Below, piece after piece: positions 60,827-64,000 of a DNA stretch of 64,000 bases; the first letter of the stretch is position 1; every line of letters starts with the position of its first letter. Source of the DNA: Actinomycetota bacterium (GTDB lineage: Bacteria; Actinomycetota; Acidimicrobiia; Acidimicrobiales; Ilumatobacteraceae); the NCBI GenBank assembly GCA_030645495.1, contig JAUSLV010000011.1:256659-320658 (forward strand). The letters are read 5' to 3'. A program made the position numbers and the translations under genes. The notes below the pieces were generated by a model. It had not been told where the DNA came from. It made no database searches and saw only the letters and a list, made by a program, of their open reading frames with translations.

Positions 60827-61396
60827 CTAGTTGGGCTGCAAGTAGCGGCTGAGGTCGCCAGGAGGCGAGCACAGCGGCACTTCGTTGCCCTTCACCCCGG
60901 CGGTGAAGTCGGTGATCACGTTCGTGACCGGCCCGCCCCCCACCACCGTTTCCGAGTAGTCGATGTTGCGGCCCTCACGCAGGGCTGCGGTGTACTCGCG
61001 CCGATCAGCGATCACGATCCGGTAGTTCTCCTCGAACGTCGCCAGCCGCGTGCGGTCGTCGTCGTTGTCCACCGGGATGGCCACCAGGTCGGTGACCATC
61101 TGGTCGAGGATGTCGGTTGCCTGGTCGGCGAGATCGGCACGCTGCGCCATCTGCTCGGGGGTCGGCTCAGTGATGAAGCCCTGCTCGGTGTCGGCGAGGG
61201 CCACGACCGCGGCATCCGCGGCGGCACAGATCTTCAGTGCCTGTGGGCGCCAACTGGAGTCCTCGATGCGGTAGACGCCCTTGTCGTCGGACAGGAAGAT
61301 GGCGAAGATCCACATTGCGGCGACGGCGAGGCAACCAACCGCCAGCACGATCTTGACCCACAGCTTGCCCTTGGGCGCCTCGTCGGCGGCAGTCAC
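60827..61396 (-). CDS. membrane-anchored hypothetical protein (N-terminal TM, periplasmic domain)
   Basis: The GTG start overlaps the DoxX stop (GTGA). The supplied ORF is longer at the 5' end, but that part is Arg/His-rich antisense junk. Confidence 0.5.
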   Translation of the reverse strand: MTAADEAPKGKLWVKIVLAVGCLAVAAMWIFAIFLSDDKGVYRIEDSSWRPQALKICAAADAAVVALADTEQGFITEPTPEQMAQRADLADQATDILDQMVTDLVAIPVDNDDDRTRLATFEENYRIVIADRREYTAALREGRNIDYSETVVGGGPVTNVITDFTAGVKGNEVPLCSPPGDLSRYLQPN

Positions 61397-61929
61397 TCGG
61401 CCGCCTTCGTCGGGGGACGGTAGCTCGTTGCCAGCTGAGCGAGGCCGCCACCGATGCCGAGGCCGGCGGCGATGACCAGACCCCACCACTCCTTGAACTC
61501 GATGTCGAGCGCGTGGTCGAGCGACCACCGGCTGGTGGGCAGCGTGGCCACGACCAGGGCGACCACCAGGATCGACATGCAGTACTCCCAGCCTTGGTTG
61601 GGCTTGAAGACGAAGAAGCCCACCTTCCAGTGCTCGGTCCAGATGGCGACGAACATGATGCCGACGATGCCGGCCGCGGCCAGCGGGGTGAGGAGGCCGG
61701 CGGCGAACATCAGGCCGGCGCCGACCTCGGTGGTGGCCGCGATCCGGGCCTGCCACTTCGGCCACTTCATCCCCATCGATCCGAACCAGCGAGCGGTGCC
61801 GGCGAGGCGCCCGCCGCCGAAGAACTTGTTGTAGCCGTGTGCGGCGAGGAACACGCCGAACACGACTCGAAGCGCAAGGACTGCGATGTCGTACTGCTGC
61901 ATGGGCGAAAGGCTACGGCGGTGACGCCT
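61393..61929 (-). CDS. DoxX-family membrane protein
   Basis: Four TM segments and DoxX-like VFGVFLAAHGYNKF are present. The supplied ORF extends 5' in antisense to the ABC gene. Confidence 0.75.
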   Translation of the reverse strand, partial: RRHRRSLSPMQQYDIAVLALRVVFGVFLAAHGYNKFFGGGRLAGTARWFGSMGMKWPKWQARIAATTEVGAGLMFAAGLLTPLAAAGIVGIMFVAIWTEHWKVGFFVFKPNQGWEYCMSILVVALVVATLPTSRWSLDHALDIEFKEWWGLVIAAGLGIGGGLAQLATSYRPPTKAAE

Positions 61930-61983
61930 GACCCGCATATTTCGTGGTCGCACGGCGCCTTCCTGCTGGTAGAACACGAGCGC

Positions 61984-63762
61984 ATGGGGGACGGAACGAT
62001 CATTCCAGAGGCAGGCGGTCGCCTGCGGCAGGCGTTCCGGCTGGTGCGCGCGCTGGTGCGGCACCAGAAGCGCACGTTCTTCACCGCCGTCAGCGGCGCG
62101 GCGGTGTTCGCGGCATGTACCGTCCTGTCGGCGGTCGTGGTGCGGATGATCACCGACGAGGTGATCGATCCCCGCTTCCGTCAGGGGTCGGTCGCGGCTT
62201 CCAAGGTGCTGATCGTGCTCGGCGCGTTGATCCTGTTGGGGTTCGTGCGCGCCGCCGGCGTCGTGGTGCGTCGCACGTGGGCCTGGCGCACGATGTGGCG
62301 GGTGGTCGACTCGCTGTCCGGCGAGGTCGTCGACCAACTGGCACAGCAACCAGTGCCGTGGCACCGCACGCAGAGCACCGGCGACCTGATCACCCGGGCC
62401 GGCGTCGACGCCGAAGCGGCGACGGCCGTGCTGTCGCCTCTGCCGTTCGCGTCCGGCGTGGTCGTGCTCGTTGGGCTGTCCAGCGTGCTGCTCTTGGTCA
62501 CCGACCTGTGGCTCGGCCTCGCCGCCGTTGCGGTGTTCCCCGTGGTGATCATCGTCACCCTGCGCTACCAGAAGCGGGTCGACTCGTTCTACGACGCAGC
62601 CCAGAACGAACTCGGCCGGCTCAGTGCTGCTGTGCACGAGAGCTTCGACGGGGTGTCCGTGGTGAAGTCGTTCGGGGCTGAGGGTCGCGAAACCGAACGT
62701 CTGGCCGTGATCGCCAGCCGGCTCCGTGAGGCACGGCTCAGCGCCGTCCGTCTTCGCAGCACGTTCGAGGCGCTGCTCGACGGCCTGCCGACCGTGGTGA
62801 ACATCCTGCTGCTCGTGGGCGGGGCCTACCGGGTGCGCTCGGGGGCGATGACCGTGGGCGAATTGACCAGCTTCATCTACCTGTTCACGCTGTTGGTCTT
62901 CCCCCTGCGGATCATCGGCTATGCGCTGTCCGAGGTGCCGCACTCACTCGCCGGCTGGAACCGCATCCGCTCGCTGCTCGACCAGCCGGTTGCCCCCGAC
63001 CCGTCGCTCACGCTGGCGCGCAGCCCGGATCGCAGCGTCGTGCTGAACGACGTGCACTTCAGTCACGATGGCGAGCGTGAGGTGCTCACCGGCGTGAACG
63101 CCCACATCGAGGGGGGTTGCACCACCGCCGTCGTCGGGGCCACCGGCAGCGGCAAGACCACGCTGCTGCACATCATCGCCGGCCTCATGCCCGTCGGGGC
63201 TGGGTCCGTAGCGGTACCCGACGGTGGCGTGCGGCTGGTGTTCCAGGAGCCGTTCCTCCTCGCCGGTTCTGTGCGCGAGAACGTGGCGCTCGGCGCCGAC
63301 ATCGGCACCGATGCGATCGAAGCCGCGCTCGCGGTCGCCGAGGCGAGTTTCGTGCACGACCTGCCCGACGGACTGAACACCGAGGTCGGTGAACGTGGGG
63401 TGGGGCTGTCGGGCGGCCAACGCCAACGGCTCGCGCTCGCTCGGGCGCTGGTGCGCCAACCGGCGGTGCTGTTGCTCGACGACACGACGTCGTCACTCGA
63501 CCCCACCACTGAGGCCAAGGTGTTGGCCAACCTGAAGTCCGTGCTGGTGCGCACCACCGTCATCGCTGTCGCCAGCCGTCCCTCCACCATCGCACTAGCC
63601 GACGACGTGTTGTTCCTCGACGAGGGCAGGGTGGTGGCCCACGGACGCCACGACGAGCTGCTCTCCACCGTGCCGGCCTACCGTCGGTTGATCGAGGCGT
63701 TCGAGCACGACCGTGCCGCGCTCGATGCGGCGGCGGCGACGCCGGTGGGGGTCGAGCCATGA
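61984..63762 (+). CDS. ABC exporter, fused permease/ATP-binding protein (CydD/MsbA-type)
   Basis: Six TM segments are followed by a nucleotide-binding domain with GATGSGKTT, LSGGQRQR and LLLDD. An internal ATG start at 61984 is chosen. Confidence 0.85.
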   Translation: MGDGTIIPEAGGRLRQAFRLVRALVRHQKRTFFTAVSGAAVFAACTVLSAVVVRMITDEVIDPRFRQGSVAASKVLIVLGALILLGFVRAAGVVVRRTWAWRTMWRVVDSLSGEVVDQLAQQPVPWHRTQSTGDLITRAGVDAEAATAVLSPLPFASGVVVLVGLSSVLLLVTDLWLGLAAVAVFPVVIIVTLRYQKRVDSFYDAAQNELGRLSAAVHESFDGVSVVKSFGAEGRETERLAVIASRLREARLSAVRLRSTFEALLDGLPTVVNILLLVGGAYRVRSGAMTVGELTSFIYLFTLLVFPLRIIGYALSEVPHSLAGWNRIRSLLDQPVAPDPSLTLARSPDRSVVLNDVHFSHDGEREVLTGVNAHIEGGCTTAVVGATGSGKTTLLHIIAGLMPVGAGSVAVPDGGVRLVFQEPFLLAGSVRENVALGADIGTDAIEAALAVAEASFVHDLPDGLNTEVGERGVGLSGGQRQRLALARALVRQPAVLLLDDTTSSLDPTTEAKVLANLKSVLVRTTVIAVASRPSTIALADDVLFLDEGRVVAHGRHDELLSTVPAYRRLIEAFEHDRAALDAAAATPVGVEP

Positions 63763-64000
63763 GCGAGCCCATCAGCCGCTGGACCGCGGTCGAGACGATC
63801 GGCCGTGGTGTGCGCGCCGCTCCGGCACTGCGCACCGGCTTCGCGCTCACCCTCTGGCTGGCGCTGGTGGGTGCCGGCGGCCGCGTGGTCATCCCAGTCC
63901 TGGTGCAACAGGCAATCGACCGCGGCTTCACCGAGTCGGGTGTGAAGGTCGGCATCATCACCGTGATGGCCATCGTCGCGGTCGTGCTCGTGTCAGTGGC
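63759..64000 (+). CDS. ABC exporter permease/ATPase partner (5' fragment, continues beyond window)
   Basis: An ATGA overlap links it to the upstream gene. The N-terminal TM region is MSEPISRWTAVETIG... Confidence 0.7.
   Translation, partial: MSEPISRWTAVETIGRGVRAAPALRTGFALTLWLALVGAGGRVVIPVLVQQAIDRGFTESGVKVGIITVMAIVAVVLVSV

Overview
This is a high-GC (about 70%) actinobacterial chromosomal segment, very densely coded on both strands, and almost all of it is ordinary core or metabolic sequence. A conserved housekeeping backbone is recognisable: a 3' gene fragment, rpsA, coaE, uvrB, a GGDEF/EAL signalling protein, uvrA, vapBC, an MFS transporter, uvrC, a RapZ-like protein, gap-pgk-tpiA, a 5-gene Opp/Dpp-type peptide ABC importer, secG and tRNA-Leu(GAG). 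Downstream lies a mixed metabolic and envelope region. It holds a ClC channel, a flotillin, an Asp23-like protein, enoyl-CoA hydratase, an APH-like kinase, LLM oxidoreductases, a class-III ADH plus MBL hydrolase, a GT39-like glycosyltransferase, a LigD polymerase-domain protein and a biotinyl-domain/carboxyltransferase fusion. It continues with an enolase-superfamily racemase plus GNAT pair, TauE, CapA, an OafA-like acyltransferase, a ProA-like dehydrogenase, an M1 peptidase, panC-panB, an S58 peptidase, a DoxX operon and the start of a fused ABC exporter pair. The most unusual feature is a ~0.9 kb two-gene cassette at the coaE 3' end. It encodes a small helical protein plus a nucleotidyltransferase-fold protein with a GS...DxD motif. 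The cassette is bracketed by a perfect 25-bp direct repeat that gives coaE and the nucleotidyltransferase the same last six codons and stop. This looks like either a mobile toxin-antitoxin-like insertion with target duplication or a fission of a CoaE-GrpB fusion. Other notable features are two GAAC-N4-GTTC SOS-box-like palindromes directly upstream of uvrB and uvrA. There is also a ~390-bp MITE-like element with imperfect terminal inverted repeats, with a solo 20-nt copy of one terminus just downstream of tRNA-Leu. Several very long ORFs in the supplied track are antisense artefacts of the GC bias. No CRISPR array, rRNA or obvious transposase was seen.
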